From the NCBI RefSeq assembly GCF_008831285.2, contig NC_045138.2, positions 4,774,001-4,838,000 of the forward strand: 64,000 bases of DNA, read 5' to 3'. Positions 25,803-40,182 of this stretch are shown here, in pieces. The stretch is from Nymphaea colorata. Its lineage: Eukaryota. The notes below the pieces were generated by a model. That model had not been told where the DNA came from. It made no database searches and worked only from the letters and a program-made list of their open reading frames with translations. How positions within the stretch are numbered: position 1 is the first letter of the stretch; every line of letters begins with the position of its first letter. A program made the position numbers and the translations under genes.

Positions 25803-26360
25803 CCACCACTCAAGAAAGACTGAAATTTTTATATAATAATTTGTCTAAAACATATATAGGGCTTGCTTTTGATGCTACAAAATGCTGTTCTCACCACACT
25901 TTAACTTATGCGTTCATAACTTTTGTTTATATACAAAAAATTGAAATCTTACCTGCCAACTTTTTAAATGTGTTGACAAATTACTGTAGCAGTTTGATTA
26001 TTTAATGAAGAAACACCATTAGCAGTTTGAATCTGATCTCTCGCATTAGTGTCGATTCTTGCTGCTCTGTCCACATGAATATGGATCGGATTATTTGAAT
26101 TTATCTAAGATCTGAAAAAGAAAATCATGAAAACACAATGTAGCCTGATGTTTTCACATGGCCAGCCATTATAGAGAATTTGATCTTCATGGTTTTCACA
26201 AAATTCTATAAAACTGAAGATTCAGTTCACTGATTTTCAAGTTTTATCTACGCATTTATGGTACCACCTTTTTTTAATATAAAGATAGACCACAGAAAAA
26301 ATGCACGAAAATGTTTTAAAATTAAGAAAGACACTGATTGGATCAATCCGAAGGCGTGTG

Positions 26361-26419
<59 letters not shown>

Positions 26420-28939
26420 CTGTATAATTAATATTAAAGACCAAATCATGCATCATGTTTTCTTTGAAATAAGTAGGCCATTTGTGGAATCATCAAGCCT
26501 TTTGTTTATTGTGGGCCATCCAGTATAATATATGTCGGACATTTAAAATTCCGGACTATATATATATATATTTATAACTTTCAATAAACGTAGTTAAACT
26601 CATATCCGTACATGTATGACGCATAATTGATACTAAAATCAAATGATGCATCATGTTTTCTTTGAAGCAAGCACGCTATTTAATGAATTATCAAACTTTT
26701 GTTCGTTCCGGCCATATTGTATTTGGAATCCTATATATACATAGAACTATTGGATTCTTCCGGACGGATGAGAGAGAGTGGGAGAGAGAGAAGATGTGGT
26801 TTTCACGATAGGATATTTTTTTTTTCACATGGAGTGTAGAAGTAAGGTGGTCGGGATTTGTTGTCATTTATCGAGGACTGCGATTGTACGTGGTCCTCGT
26901 TTGTCCTTATACTTGTCATATCTTCATGGTGACTGATGGATGGCCCCGTCCCAAGACACCGCCAGTTTTTGCGTTGAACTGTCAGGACAATTTCTGCGGT
27001 CTATATTTAAAGCGGTAGATATTTTTTCTGAGTGGGTTGGATCCTCACACGAATCTGAACCAGTAAAAAATTGGTGATTGAAATATCAAACCTTGTTGGA
27101 TCTGGATCACAAAACTGATGTAGAACTGATGTAGATGGATGGTTGAGAAAAAAATATAAAGAAAAATGTAAGAACTAATGCTAGATTATGAAAATATCCA
27201 TTTTTTTCTTGTTTTTGTGTTAACCTTAGATCCTAATTAGATGTTAACCATTTATCCTGTTAGATCTTGATTAGATGGTTGTGTGACTTTAAAAAAACTA
27301 TATTCTATCATTCATTTTTTTTTCATATATGCGTTTTAGAGTCATATAATCTGTACTATTTAATCAAATATAATTAATAGTTAAAAGAAAAATAAGAAGA
27401 ATGACAAGGCCTGTTATCACATTGTATGGAGTGGTAAGACCGCTTACACTCAAAGGATCTAAGGTTTGAACAGTAGCAATTTGAGTTCAAAAATGTATTA
27501 TAGGTTCATTTAGACTTTAAAGCAAGCCATAACCTTGAGAAACTCAAGAACATCGCCTTGAAGGTTGATTATGCCAAACAGAGTTTATCTTAAGTAAATA
27601 TTAAAAAAAAACTTATGTGTAGATCACCCTTTGTAATTGTTAACATGTATATTAGTGCAATGTTTAGATCCAGCTTGAGTGTCCGTGAACGCTGGTCCAG
27701 ATCCAAGAATGATTGGGAAGCTTGATGGTTGCATTTTGGGTAGGGCGACAAAGCTAAAAATGTCTGTTGCTTTCTATCCTTTGTTTTCCTTTTAGGGGGT
27801 GGATGATGCCGTGAAATATGTTTTGGAGTTTCTTTTGCCGGTGAAACTTTTTAGTGAACAACTTTACCCCTGTTTGATTCAAAGGGTACAAAAGCACCAT
27901 GGAAGGCATTTGATGACAAAAACATTTAGAACACATATTCTCGCATATATGTTTTAGAAACACCATGTTTTTGTGTGATTATGGATGTGGTTCTTAAATC
28001 AGAAAAACCAAATGCTAGATATAATTCCAAGAACATAATGTTCTTCTTGTCTTCTACTCTCGTTAAAGTTTATAAAAATTATATATAAAAGTTTATTTCT
28101 TCCTACTTTTTATCTTACCGATAAAAACCTGATCACCACCAAAGTCTTACATGGCGAAGACCATGGAAAATCACAAGCTGCAGAATGGTAACTAGGTTGG
28201 CACTTGATCCAGAGTACCTTACTACCCTTTTGACACAAGAGAGAGAGAGAGAGAGAGAGAGCCCTTCTTTCCTACATACTGTTTCAAGATCTACCAAGCT
28301 AAGTTGAGGATACTGTGCTACTTCTTTGCAAGTTGGAATATTTTTAAAATTGAACCCTTGACATCCATTACTACTTGACACAAATACTTGTCTCAGCTTT
28401 TTAGTTTGAATACCAGAGTGCCAACAATGAGCTTTCAGGCAAGTTAAGGATTACCTAATACATTAACTTGGGTATCTAATTAGTATAAAAATAGATACTC
28501 ACTATAGTTTAACAGAACAATTGCCACTTTTTTTACATAAACAGTAAGGAAATTCCCATCAAATAAGAACTTATTTCTTTATCTGATGTACAAGGGAAAT
28601 CACACATTATAGCAAGAACTTTTTAGATAGAAAATGTCAAGATCTTATTTGATCAATCTTCATGCACAGAGCTAATAATGGCCCAGAAGCCAGAACTTAT
28701 CTTAAAGCACCAGATCTGGAACCAGGTGGGTCCAGTAACACTGGAACATTGGATGTAACATGAATTCAAGGTAAGGTAACATTGACCTAGGTGTTCCTAC
28801 CCTATGCTTTTGCTGATCTTATCTGAATGCACATTATGGGAGAAAACTGAATCTACAGTCACATTTAATCAATATAAGCTGAATCTATAGTTATATTTTG
28901 ATCAATGAAAGTCCATTTTTGCTGATGTGTGCACGTATT

Positions 28940-29044
28940 GACATTAGCGGCACTACCTTCACTGACGTTTTCTCCTGCGCTACAAGATGTGTTAGCGAAG
29001 GCCTTACTGACCTTCCTCCTCCCTTTACTGACGTTTTTTTAGTG
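28940..29044. mobile_element. CACTA (En/Spm) transposon terminus remnant
   Basis: Ends ...ACTGACGTTTTTTTAGTG (reverse complement CACTAAAAAAACGTCAGT), with subterminal repeats actgacgtttt and ttagcg. No partner end seen. Confidence 0.55.
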
Positions 29045-29214
29045 CCACTGAGGACTGCTTTCCCTAAAGTGTGGACCATGAGCTTATGAGAGTTTAATTT
29101 GCAAAAATATATCTTTACTCAGGTGAATTCATGGGTTGATCCAGTTTTAGAGGGAGATAAAACAAGAAAAGGAGTAGCCCATACAGCATAAGTAAAATTT
29201 GCTAACAAGTTACA

Positions 29215-29242
29215 CTTGGCCTTTTGGCTAAGATCAAGTGTA
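29215..29242 (+). pseudogene. U2: U2 snRNA 5' fragment (stem I to the branch-site-pairing region)
   Basis: CTTGGCCTTTTGGCTAAGATCAAGTGTA versus the canonical U2 CTCGGCCTTTTGGCTAAGATCAAGTGTA (27/28). The rest of U2 and its USE/TATA promoter are absent. Confidence 0.8.
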
Positions 29243-29437
29243 TATTGATCAAATTTGACAGTAACCTATTTTGCAGCAGAAACAAGAATTTTTGGTAGAT
29301 AATAAAACACAAAAGGAGAAAAGAACATGAACCAGGATATTGAAAGGTCCTCATCAATGTCATATTCAAAAGGCAAGCGAGTTGTTGTATTTTAATTTAA
29401 AAAGGCAAATTAAATGCTTATACTGATGTCAGGAACA

Positions 29438-29602
29438 AAGCAATAAACATCTTCCAAATAATTGAGAACAACTAGAAAGTGACCACCATATTTTAATGCA
29501 GCTAATATGCTTTCATGACCAAGCAATAAACATCTTCCAAATAATTGAGAGCAACTAGGAAGTGGCCAACATCTTCTAATGCAACTAATATGCTTTCATG
29601 AC
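29438..29602. repeat. 83-bp tandem duplication
   Basis: aagcaataaacatcttccaaataattgaga...atgctttcatgac occurs twice. Confidence 0.9.
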
Positions 29603-32600
29603 TATCCTATGAAGGCTCACAATTAAAGCATATTAAGATCAAGACTGTGGGCATCCTTACATAATAATCAATAGAAACAAAAGAATAGACAATATGTCTT
29701 AACCTAAATGATAAAAGACCATGACTTTTGCATCACTAAAAGGCATACAACTAATTTTAAGAGCAAAAAAATCAATAGAATAAGAACAATTGACATGTGA
29801 AACCAAAAAATTAGCCATCATCTCTTAAAGGATACAAGTTCATGACTAGTGGGTTGCCGCGAGTACAAGCGACAAACCGCCCATGTTCAGCTGTTCACCT
29901 AATGACAAAGCTGAGCCAGCTTTGCAGCCTGTAATAATCCATTTCATTGTCATTTTTTGGCTGAGAAGTTCACCAGATCTTCCAACTATAGATCTTAAAT
30001 CTTGAAAAAATGTGAGATAAACAAATCTTCATTTGGGTAGTTGAGTATCAGTATTGATATTGTTCGTGCACTACTGTCCCTAAATCATTCATATCCATCA
30101 GATTAGAAATTATTGCTCTTAAGAACATTGGATGTGGACCTCAAGTTTGAGATTTTGGAAAAGACTTCAATATCATTTGTAATGACAACCAAAACGAACA
30201 CATATTTTGCTGGATCTACCTCATTGCTTCAGTTTGATAACATCAGTGTCTAAGAAATAGCTGGAACACAAGGTAGTAATTATTCTTCTATACATGGACA
30301 TGGTTTGTAATTTGTTAAAGGTTTTAGATATGAGATTATCTACATGCTATGCATAAATGTTACTCTGTTTCTCTTTAAGGAACCAAAACATGTCCTTGCC
30401 TGTTGGACTTCCGCTATGAAAATTGGACTTGATCAAAATACATGTTACACACACACACACAAATGCATACATATATATATGTGTGTGTATGTCATGTGTG
30501 CATGTTTACAAATATTTCGGGTACAAGAGTATTCCCAATTACTTATTCTTAAGCATAGATCGTGTTAATAGTCTCCAAAATGTTACAGAAAAGACATATA
30601 GGTTAAAAATACTATTACCATATTATCACCTTGTGGCCATTATTGTTCCAATAATAAGCAGACTACTGCTCAATCAGTCACCACAAGAAGTACGAAAACA
30701 CATTACAAAAGGTAAATGGTCATGCCAAAACAGAATAATGTCACTCTAGATGTATATATGAGAACAAGCAATTCCCCTAGATGTTGACACTGGGGACAGT
30801 GCATTTAAGTAGTGGGACTACTTGTCCTTATAGAGTGAAAGTTATGTTACCTAACAATTAAATTCATATCAAATGGCTATGAGGTGAAATTTGCCTTGTT
30901 TAGTGAGGCAGACTTGGATGCTAAAGAACTTATGATATTCTCATCTTGTTGTGTTACTTTAGCCTATCAAAAGTCACTAATTTTACTTATAACGACCTTG
31001 TTGAAATAAGATTGTTTGTTAACTTGGAGCCAAACAAGTTTACCACGGTTCTTCGATGTACATCTAGTTTGACAGTTTATCTAAGACACACTTTTATATA
31101 GTTTCATCTTAGTGCATATGCCTCACATTTTTTTTATTAGTTCAAGATGGTTTTATCATACATGATAAGCTGAGTTTCATCTTAGTTTATATGCATGCCT
31201 TATTCTCATATATACTGAGCTACAAGTGCAATCCCCTTTTTCTTTTTGTTGGGTAGCTAGCGTTAGAGACTGCATATACTTTACCTGTTAGAGTATTGTC
31301 CCCCAGAGTATATTAATACAAGTTAGCATTGAAGTCAAGGTTTAAATACTTGTAAAAGTAAACTTGTTTCCGATCAGTAGATACACTTAAAAAACAAGAT
31401 TGTCTTTATTCTATGTTATTAATTTGATATAGATTCTAAAGCCCTCCTACAAGTTGACAGGTCAATTAAGTAAGTCTTTTAACTTGCAAACATGAAAGGA
31501 AGAAATCATAAGGTTGAACCAAAGTTGATACAACAACCTAGTGCATAAACTTTGGCGCTTCACAGTAAAAAAAAAAAAAAAACGGAAGCCCTAGGAACCA
31601 GGATGTAATTAAATAGAATTAAAATGTATGTCGCCATCAAGATAATTCAATGTCTTAAATATATGACTGCTTTTGTTTCCATTTCACACACTTGGGATAT
31701 TATAATTCTATGCATCCTTTGAAGTATTGAACGGAAAACGTGCTATAAATTGTATGAAAAAGCCATTCTTTATTGAAGCAGGCAAGAGCATTAGGATTAA
31801 GTGATCAAATTAAATGTTGTTAATGTCTTTATCCAGGCAAAAAATTGTTAAGAGTGTTTTGGAAGGGCATCATCATGAGACAAACTATCTCAGACATCCT
31901 GCCATACAAAGGCCTGTCAAAGATACTGCTCTGAAAATAGTCATCCCCGGCTATGGGGTCATCCCCGGCTATGGGAGCGCAATGTTTTCTAGTTTTGATA
32001 TAGCGGACGACTGACTATCTGGAGACACTTTTCCCCCTGTTTGGTAGGAAGAACGTCCAGAAAAGATAACTCGAGACGGAAATAATCTCTTATATGACAT
32101 TCTGTCAGCCCCATTCCCATAATTCTTGTTTACTGCAAAACTGAAGAAATTGGAAGACTGGCCTGATTTGCAGTAAAAGGATGCCCTGGTGCTTTGCAAG
32201 GAGAAAGAACAGCCAAAACAAACATACGGTAAAAGTCCACATCTTGGACTTGAAAGTTTTAATGCAACTAAAAAACTTTATAATGCATGTAAAAAAGCTT
32301 ACCGTTATCACTGAAAACATGAAAGATTAACAAATGCTTCAGCGGCGGGATCTGTGGCGTCGAAATTTTGGCCGTTGCCATTACACAATGGCGACAGAAA
32401 CCAGAGTAATAAATAGCGACTTTTTCGCCATTGTTATTTATCATAATTGGTACCCAAAATTCAGGAAAAGATACTTGCTACTATGATTTTGGAAGTCCAG
32501 CATGACAAGCAACTAAACAGAAAGCTGACAAGCAGATCATTCACATCAAGGTTAGTAACTAAAATGATTATGAGAATACTAAGATAGAAAGCAATCACTA

Positions 32601-34275
32601 CTAGTCCGTCCAAGTGTGTGATTGAGATGCAGAGATGGGTTGTCAAGAACAGTTTATCTAAGATGCCTTGTCATAACACATAGAGTGCTGCAACAGGAAT
32701 ACAGTCGCTAGTGCCTGTTCGGGGTCAAACACACTATTCATTAGTTGGGTGCTTCACAGGCCACTATGTCATGCATTAAACAGAAAGTAAGCTTTTGGTA
32801 TTCCCATTTTGTCCCTGTAGAATTAGTTTGGTCTTCTGGGCTATCTAAGAATGTTAGACACTTCAGACATGCAACGATCTCCGACAGAAACATGTGGACT
32901 GATAATTAATGAAGAAGAGTTTGTACCATATATATCACTTTTATTTTCACATCTGAATATGAATCCGAACCACAAGTTATATATTATTAAGAACCAACTT
33001 TCAAGATATGTGGATGGTATCCGAACACAATGCGAGCAAATACTTGCTTACAGAAAATAGGCCGATGCGAAATTTTTCTCCACAAAAATTCTCTATGAAA
33101 GCAAATTTGGTTAGATATCCCATCTGAATCTGATTCATTGATCGACGTCCTGCTAGCAATCTACAGCTGTTCATGGCACACAGATTTGTTCATGTGGGAC
33201 TGAATGTCGCGGAAACCATGTCACAGATACTCTGCCAACTGAACCAAACCCTCTCTAAAACAATTATGGGGAGCAACAAAAAACTTGCCAACCTGAAGTA
33301 ACCAATAGTACGTCGCCAGCCTCATCGCCATCATAAGCGACGAATAGAAAGACAAGCTGCCCACATTAACAGTGACGATGGTTGGCCAGCTTTGAGTAAC
33401 CAATTCAAATGCTGTCTTCACCAATGTCTGCAACAATGAAATCAAGTTGATGAACTGGGAATGATAAAGAAAGATTTGAAATCCTTCATTTACATATTGG
33501 TTAACCCCAAATTTTTGCATGTTTACATACAAAATGCCCTTCAAATATATGGTGAGCACCACGTACATGTGGGGATCTGACATGATAAAGAAAGATTAAT
33601 TTGGATATATATGTGGACTTGTGGGGGTCCGGTCCTCGGACCGGCCCCAAGCATTGATAGTATTCCACAATTGTACAATTGTGAGCCATAAGATTCATTC
33701 GTTCGTATATGCAATGATTTTTTCCATAGACCAATCTGTTCCTTCCTAATGAGACCATCTGCCATCGTTTCCTCATTGAAAAGGAAAGGCTAGCTCCAAG
33801 ATTTTAGGCAAGCAATAATGCATGCAGAGACACTATTAGTTAGATCTATCTCCCTCCCTCTACCGACAATATGTGCATGCACTCGTGCATGTACGTGGAT
33901 ATGAGTGTGTTTTTGTATACATGTCTATATATGTTGATGCAAGGTAGGACTTGCGCTTTTGGCTTTACTTTCAAGTACCAGGCAGGTAAAAGTAAGAGCA
34001 CCAAAGATGGAGGAAGGGTTGTATTGCAACGTAGGGTCCGAACGATTCGTCAATTAGGTCAAGTGTTACGTCCGGCCCCCTGCATGAAAGAAAGGAGGAA
34101 AAAGAATATTCTACTTGATCGGGCATTTCAATTCATTGTCTGCGCGCGAGGGTTTAACACAAGCCGGCTTTGCGGCTTGGCTTTAAGTCTTCAAGTTTAA
34201 AGGGGTCTAGATCTAGAGTTTTACATTGAAACACATCAGAATATATATATATATATATACTCAATAAATAGGCAT

Positions 34276-34518
34276 TAGACAGAGTTTATGATCTGGTGAT
34301 GGTTTCTTGTGACTTTAGTGACGATTTATGGTCTTCTTAGAGATAATTTTTTTAAATTTTAGCCATTCGGCTACTATCCAATTTCATGGCAGCATTGATT
34401 CCTAGACAGAGTTTATGATCTGGTGATGGTTTATTTACTGACGATTTATGGTCTTCTTAGAGATATTTTTTTTTTTATTTTAGCCATTCGGCTACTATCC
34501 AATTTCATGGCAGCATTG

Positions 34519-34522
<4 letters not shown>
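34276..34522. repeat. ~127-bp tandem duplication flanked by (AT)n tracts
   Basis: tagacagagtttatgatctggtgatggttt...ggcagcattgattc occurs twice; the second copy has a small deletion. Confidence 0.9.
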
Positions 34523-34570
<48 letters not shown>

Positions 34571-35140
34571 TTGGCAAAGTTACTCAACTCACTTATGAGA
34601 TCGAACTGATCTATCATGATAAATGTTTGGGAAAAAAGCAAGAGAGAAAAAAGTGTGAACTAAATCACATTTTTTATTGTTTTTCTCTCAACCATCGGAA
34701 TTATTCAGGTTTAGTATTATTGTTGTCCATTAGTTCATTAGTTTTAGAGAGAAAGAGAGTGTGTGTGTGGCTTTTCATATGCACCCAATTATCTAATTAA
34801 GGTCGTTCGGTCCAACATGATAAATTGCTAAGAGAAAATAGAGAGAAAAAAGGTGAAGGATAATTTCGTCATCTAATATTAGTTTACATTTTTTTTCTTG
34901 TTTTTATTGACCATATGCTTCAAATGGACAATCCTAGCTAGATGGTTGAGTGATTCTAGATAGCCTAGTCATCATTAACTCACTAGATATATATATATAT
35001 ATATATATATTGGAAGGGAGTTTTACACATTCGGAAGATGTGACTGTCATTGGAGAAAAGTTCTAGACAGCCATGGGAAATTTAGAACCAACTTGGTACA
35101 CGATAGCAGTATTTCATCCAAATAAGCATCACTTAATATA

Positions 35141-35200
<60 letters not shown>

Positions 35201-35814
35201 GGATGACATAGATACAAAAAATACTATACATAAGCTGCATTCATTTAAAACGCATGTCAATGTGCCTATATAAAAGCTGAACCGAGCCAAGCAGCTCCTA
35301 GAGTACTTTTAATGATCTGCGAAACTGACCTGAAGAGGTAGCGATGGAACCGTTCGATTAAAGTGAGAGCCAACTTGTCATTGCAAAAGCATAGCTGAGT
35401 CAGCCGGTCGATTCGATCCCTTTCAAGGGACCCTCTAAAGAAAAAGGGTTTACGCTGCAGCTCAAACAAAGTGGGTCTCCATCTCTGCTCTTTTCAACTT
35501 CAAAATCGATTGGTGGGTCGTCCTGCCGGGCGGATCAAAACAACAAAGCCAAGCAGGTTTAAGATAGGGTGGGCAAGTGCCACCACGACTCCAACAATTC
35601 CAAATAAAGGGCTTGGATCCAGACGACTCCAACTTCCGCCGAAAAGAGATTTCTCCACAATAGTCCCTAATTCATTAGTCAAATTCCTAATTCCACCTTT
35701 ATATTTAAAAAACCACATTTTCTCTTTCTAAATTCCCTCTCGTTTAAGCATAAAAAAACTAGAGCACGCCCCATATTTAGGGCCGAACACAATAACACAC
35801 ATGTTCTACCATTT

Positions 35815-35915
35815 GCACAGTCTTGTGTGAGGAGTATCCGCAATGGCAGAGCCACATGTAGGCAGCCTTGCCCATATCAGCGCCTCAAGTTCCTTTGTTT
35901 TCGAATTGGTGTTGT
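35815..35915 (-). mobile_element. Possible Au-like SINE fragment
   Basis: Minus-strand GGGCAAGGCTGCCTAC resembles the recalled Au SINE core GGGAAAGGCTGCGTAC; the rest is weak. Confidence 0.25.
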
Positions 35916-38900
35916 CATACATTTGCTTCTTTCTATATATTAGTGCTTCTAGAAAAATGTGACTTCAAATTAGTGCCCCTTAGCCCAAAATTCCTTGCTC
36001 CCCTCAGTAGTAAGAGACGCATTTTTTTAGAAAAAAGTGGCATTAAGAATACTTTTCCCTTTATGTCCTTACTGCTGGATGCCTCCCTTTTAAAATAAAG
36101 GGACATTTTGGTCATTTCAAGACTAGCATGTTGCTCAAACATTTGCCTTCTTCAATTAAAAAAAAGAAAAGTATCCACTTCTTAGGTAGGTTATGTACCA
36201 TCATTACAAAATATCGACTTAAACTGTTAATTTTAACTAAAAAATAATAATAGTGATTGGCCCTGAATGATTGAGCTTGCCTGTGCATATGATTTGTGTG
36301 TGTGTGTGTGTGTGTTTGAGAGAGAGAGAGAGGTGTGTAATCTCATAGGTTAGAAGTTGATAAAAGCCAAAAAGGAAAAACTTTACTAGCTGGCTCTTAA
36401 GAAACCTAGGTTAGTTATTTATTTAAAGGTTGCTACACATGCCCATAGCATGCTAGGCTGGGGCTAGCTAGTTTCCGGCCGGCAGCCGGTCACTGGTTCG
36501 AGTGGCATGAACACCTTGAACACCTCCTTTTGTGAAAGATAGTTGTGTTGACGAAAGATAGTTAGAGGATCATGAAAGCATAACTTGTGTTGACGATTCA
36601 AAAGGATAGGTTGGATGTGCACCTTACAATAAGAAAACAATTTAAGAAGTGGCTAATAATGGAGGAACCAGTACAGAAGGATGCTGGTTTACATCCCACA
36701 TGCACATGGGCGTGCATGTGCACACACAAACCACACACATATACGCATACTCATGTAAGTCGATAAACGAAAAAGACAGAAAACGAAAAAATTTAAAATC
36801 CTATGTTTTCTCAAGTCTTCATGCTTCTGCAGACTCCATGTAGATGCCGTCTAGTTTCATCTTTCTTCTCGTTCGTGCGCCTAATTTGGCCTGTCACTAG
36901 GCAGCTGTGACCTCTATAAGAACATGCATGTGGAGGCCTGAAGGCCTAGCCATAATGTTCATATAGTAAGCTAGATAGGCATGAAGCATAATTATTCCCA
37001 ATAATTTGGCATAAGAGACCAAAGTTTATGTGTTGCATATGGCCTAAGTCCACATATAAATGATGAAAATGCGACTGTTTCTGAAAGCTGGACATAGCTA
37101 TCAAGTTCTATTCACTAGATGTTCATTATAGCGTTGCGTCGGGTAACCATGACATGCAATATATATGGTCATCGATTTTGATTGAACAAATTCATATATG
37201 CCAAGAGAACAGTTGAATCCAATCGGCTACAAAGTAACCCACGAACTAGAACAGGAAAAAATCGTTGGGGCTCCATTTTCTTGGGAATTGCCGGACAACT
37301 ATTGCCGAAGCAGATCAGCAGGTCAAGATTTGCTTTGTCTAGGCTTAGCTGTAGCTGTTGGCTGCCCATAATTCATAGAAAGATAATTGGCTCTCTCTCT
37401 ACCTCTTACTATTATTGCGTTCAGTATTAGTGATATTTTATAAGATTTTTATATTACTCTCTCTCTCTCTCTCTTTCTCTGAACATGAAATCATTTCAAA
37501 ATTGTTATAATCTTTTAGCACTTCAACAGTCTCATGCAAACCATTTTTCCAAGAGCTACCAGACCCCATCGTAGAAATGATAGACCTAACAAACCATATT
37601 TGCTTTCTTTATTTTTTTTCCTTACAAGAGCTTTTATGAATATTCAGTCACATTTTATATTACATAATTGGTATATTTTTATCTTTTTCATTCCTGAGTT
37701 TGTGTGGCCCAAATGTATAATGTCAGTGTCGAAGAATTGGATGAGGGGCAGAGATAGGAATTCTTCCTTGGAGGGGCCAATCTATGTTTTCAAAATTTTT
37801 ATATAAGTTAAATTAAAATATTAAAAAAATATAAAATACGATTTTATTTTTTTTTTCCTGGAGGCTATGGCTCCTTGATTGGATGCATGGGCTCCAGAAC
37901 CCATGCACACACATGGAGTGCTTCCTATATATCATAATTACTTTCTTAGGGCTTAGTCCCAATTCCATCATTTCTTCAATGGATTGTTAGTATCGAAACA
38001 CCAAAGACGTTGGTTTCTTGGTTTAAGTTCAACAAAAGTGATGATAGATCAACACAAAAGACATTCATGGCCCAGTTCTTGACTGGTAGCGCACATCTAG
38101 GCAACTGTCTACCACTTGTGACCGTGGAAGAAACTATGGCTAGCTCATCCATAATGGCTCGAGCGTCATGCATCGTGAAAAATTCTGCCTAAGGAGTACT
38201 AGATATAAAATTTTAAATTTTTTAAGGGACATCGGTATCTAAATGAGAAAATTTGTTCAGAAATATCAATATAAAAATAAGAATAATTTTTGAGGTCTGT
38301 GTGGGCAATAGCCCACAGTAGCCTACACCTACCTCTGTCCATGCATGCATGTTCAATATCCAGTCACTTCATCTCACAGAGAAGAGAGATGCAGAGAGAG
38401 AGAGAGAGAGAGAAGCTGCCTGCGAACAGAACCGAGGGGCTCACCTAAGAAGGCTCCATGGATGATTCATGAGGTTTCGGCTCAAATGTTGGGAGAGCTT
38501 TTACTCTTCAAAATTCCAAATTTGAACATTTGTTTGGCCAAAGTAAAAGCAACATAATTTGCTTGACATATATAACGGAATTAAAGATAGAAATGACAGG
38601 TGGGAATCGAATATAATGAATCTAATGACATTGATTACTTGGTAACTTTTGTTTGCTAAACATCTAATTCTGAAGCAAATTTTCCTCCATTATAAGCTTT
38701 CCCCTTTATTTTACGTTAAGGTTCAGAGTTAGACCTCTTCTAACAGGCACCATTTTTTTTTCTCCTTTTGTGAAGCAAACATTGCCACAGATGTGATCAG
38801 CTTTATGTCCAAAAGCTAATTAGGGTTCAGTATACAGATATTCCCCCATGAACTGTGCATAAGATTTACATCCATCAACTTTTAAGTCTTCATGGAACCT

Positions 38901-38950
38901 AACTTATGCATTAGAAATTTAAACATAATTTTATATCTATAATTAGCTTT

Positions 38951-39032
<82 letters not shown>

Positions 39033-39117
39033 AGTCCTCGTAGAACCTAACTTACGCGCTAGAAAGTTGAGCATAGTTTTATATCTATAATTAAGCACAC
39101 AAACAGGCACACACACG

Positions 39118-39580
39118 TAGGGCTGCACAACGAGTCGAGCCAGCTCGGGCTCGACTCGAACTCGCCCGGTTAAACTCGGCTCGAGCTCGACTCGTTTATA
39201 AACGAGTCGAGTTCGAGCTTACAATGAAACTCGAATGAGTAAACGAGTCGAGTTCGAGTTTTAAGAACTCGACTCGTTTATACTCGACTCGACTCGTTTA
39301 TACTCGACGAGTAAACAAATTTCATCCCAGGTCATGAAATTTACTAGATATTTTAAAAAGAAGGATCATATTTTTAAAAAGAAGGATCATATTTTATTTA
39401 GACGAGCTAATCGAGTTAATCGAGTCGAGCTCGAGCTCGACTTTATTTAATCGAGTCGAGCTCGAGCTTGTGTTAGGTAGCTCGACTCGAGTTCGAGTCG
39501 AGTTCGAGCTCGAGCTCGTTGAGTCGAGTCGAGCTCGAGCTGGGCAAGCTCGAGCTTGACTCGGCTCGTGTGCAGCCCTA
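39118..39580. mobile_element. Non-autonomous hAT element / MITE (463 bp), strongly palindromic
   Basis: TIRs TAGGGCTGCACAACGAG / CTCGTGTGCAGCCCTA, perfect 8-bp TSD CACACACG (39110-39117 and 39581-39588), dense CTCGA/TCGAG subterminal repeats. Confidence 0.92.
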
Positions 39581-39829
39581 CACACACGCATACGCATACA
39601 TACGAACAGACAACTTCTTGAAAGAACGTAATATTACATATTAAACTTTCATCTGGGTAACTGTGTAGCACAACAGACCTGCCATTTTCATTTTTCACAG
39701 CTGTCCACATGCGCACAAGCACGCTCACACATGCAGACACACAAGCGCACATACGCAGATCAATAACATTGGGACATTTTGTTACTCATTCATAAATGAC
39801 TTTCACGTGTAGAAAGGTTAGTTAGTATC

Positions 39830-40182
39830 TTTGTCAAGAAAACGCATTGTATTCCCATGAACGTGAAAAAAACGTTAAAAACAGGACACAAAAAAAGGGA
39901 AAAATATGTTTTTTTTTAACAGATGACAAAATGGTTTGCCATTTTTCATGCTTTTTTGTTTCCATTTTTTTGTTTTTCGCATTTCTTTTTTTGTTTTTTA
40001 CTTTTTTATAATTTTTTTACTTACCAAATTTTTATTTTCACATTTTTCACGTTACTTTTTAGACCTTTTCTTTTTTAACCTTTCAAAACTTACCGAGATT
40101 TTACCAAGAAAAACAACTATGTCATGTTATACTCTAGAAAACCTTGCCATTTAATACCTGAAAAACGATATTTGTGACACTG
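39830..40182. mobile_element. MITE, relative of the 1496-1913 family
   Basis: Right end ...gccatttaatacctgaaaaacgataTTTGTGACACTG; left end eroded. Confidence 0.5.
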
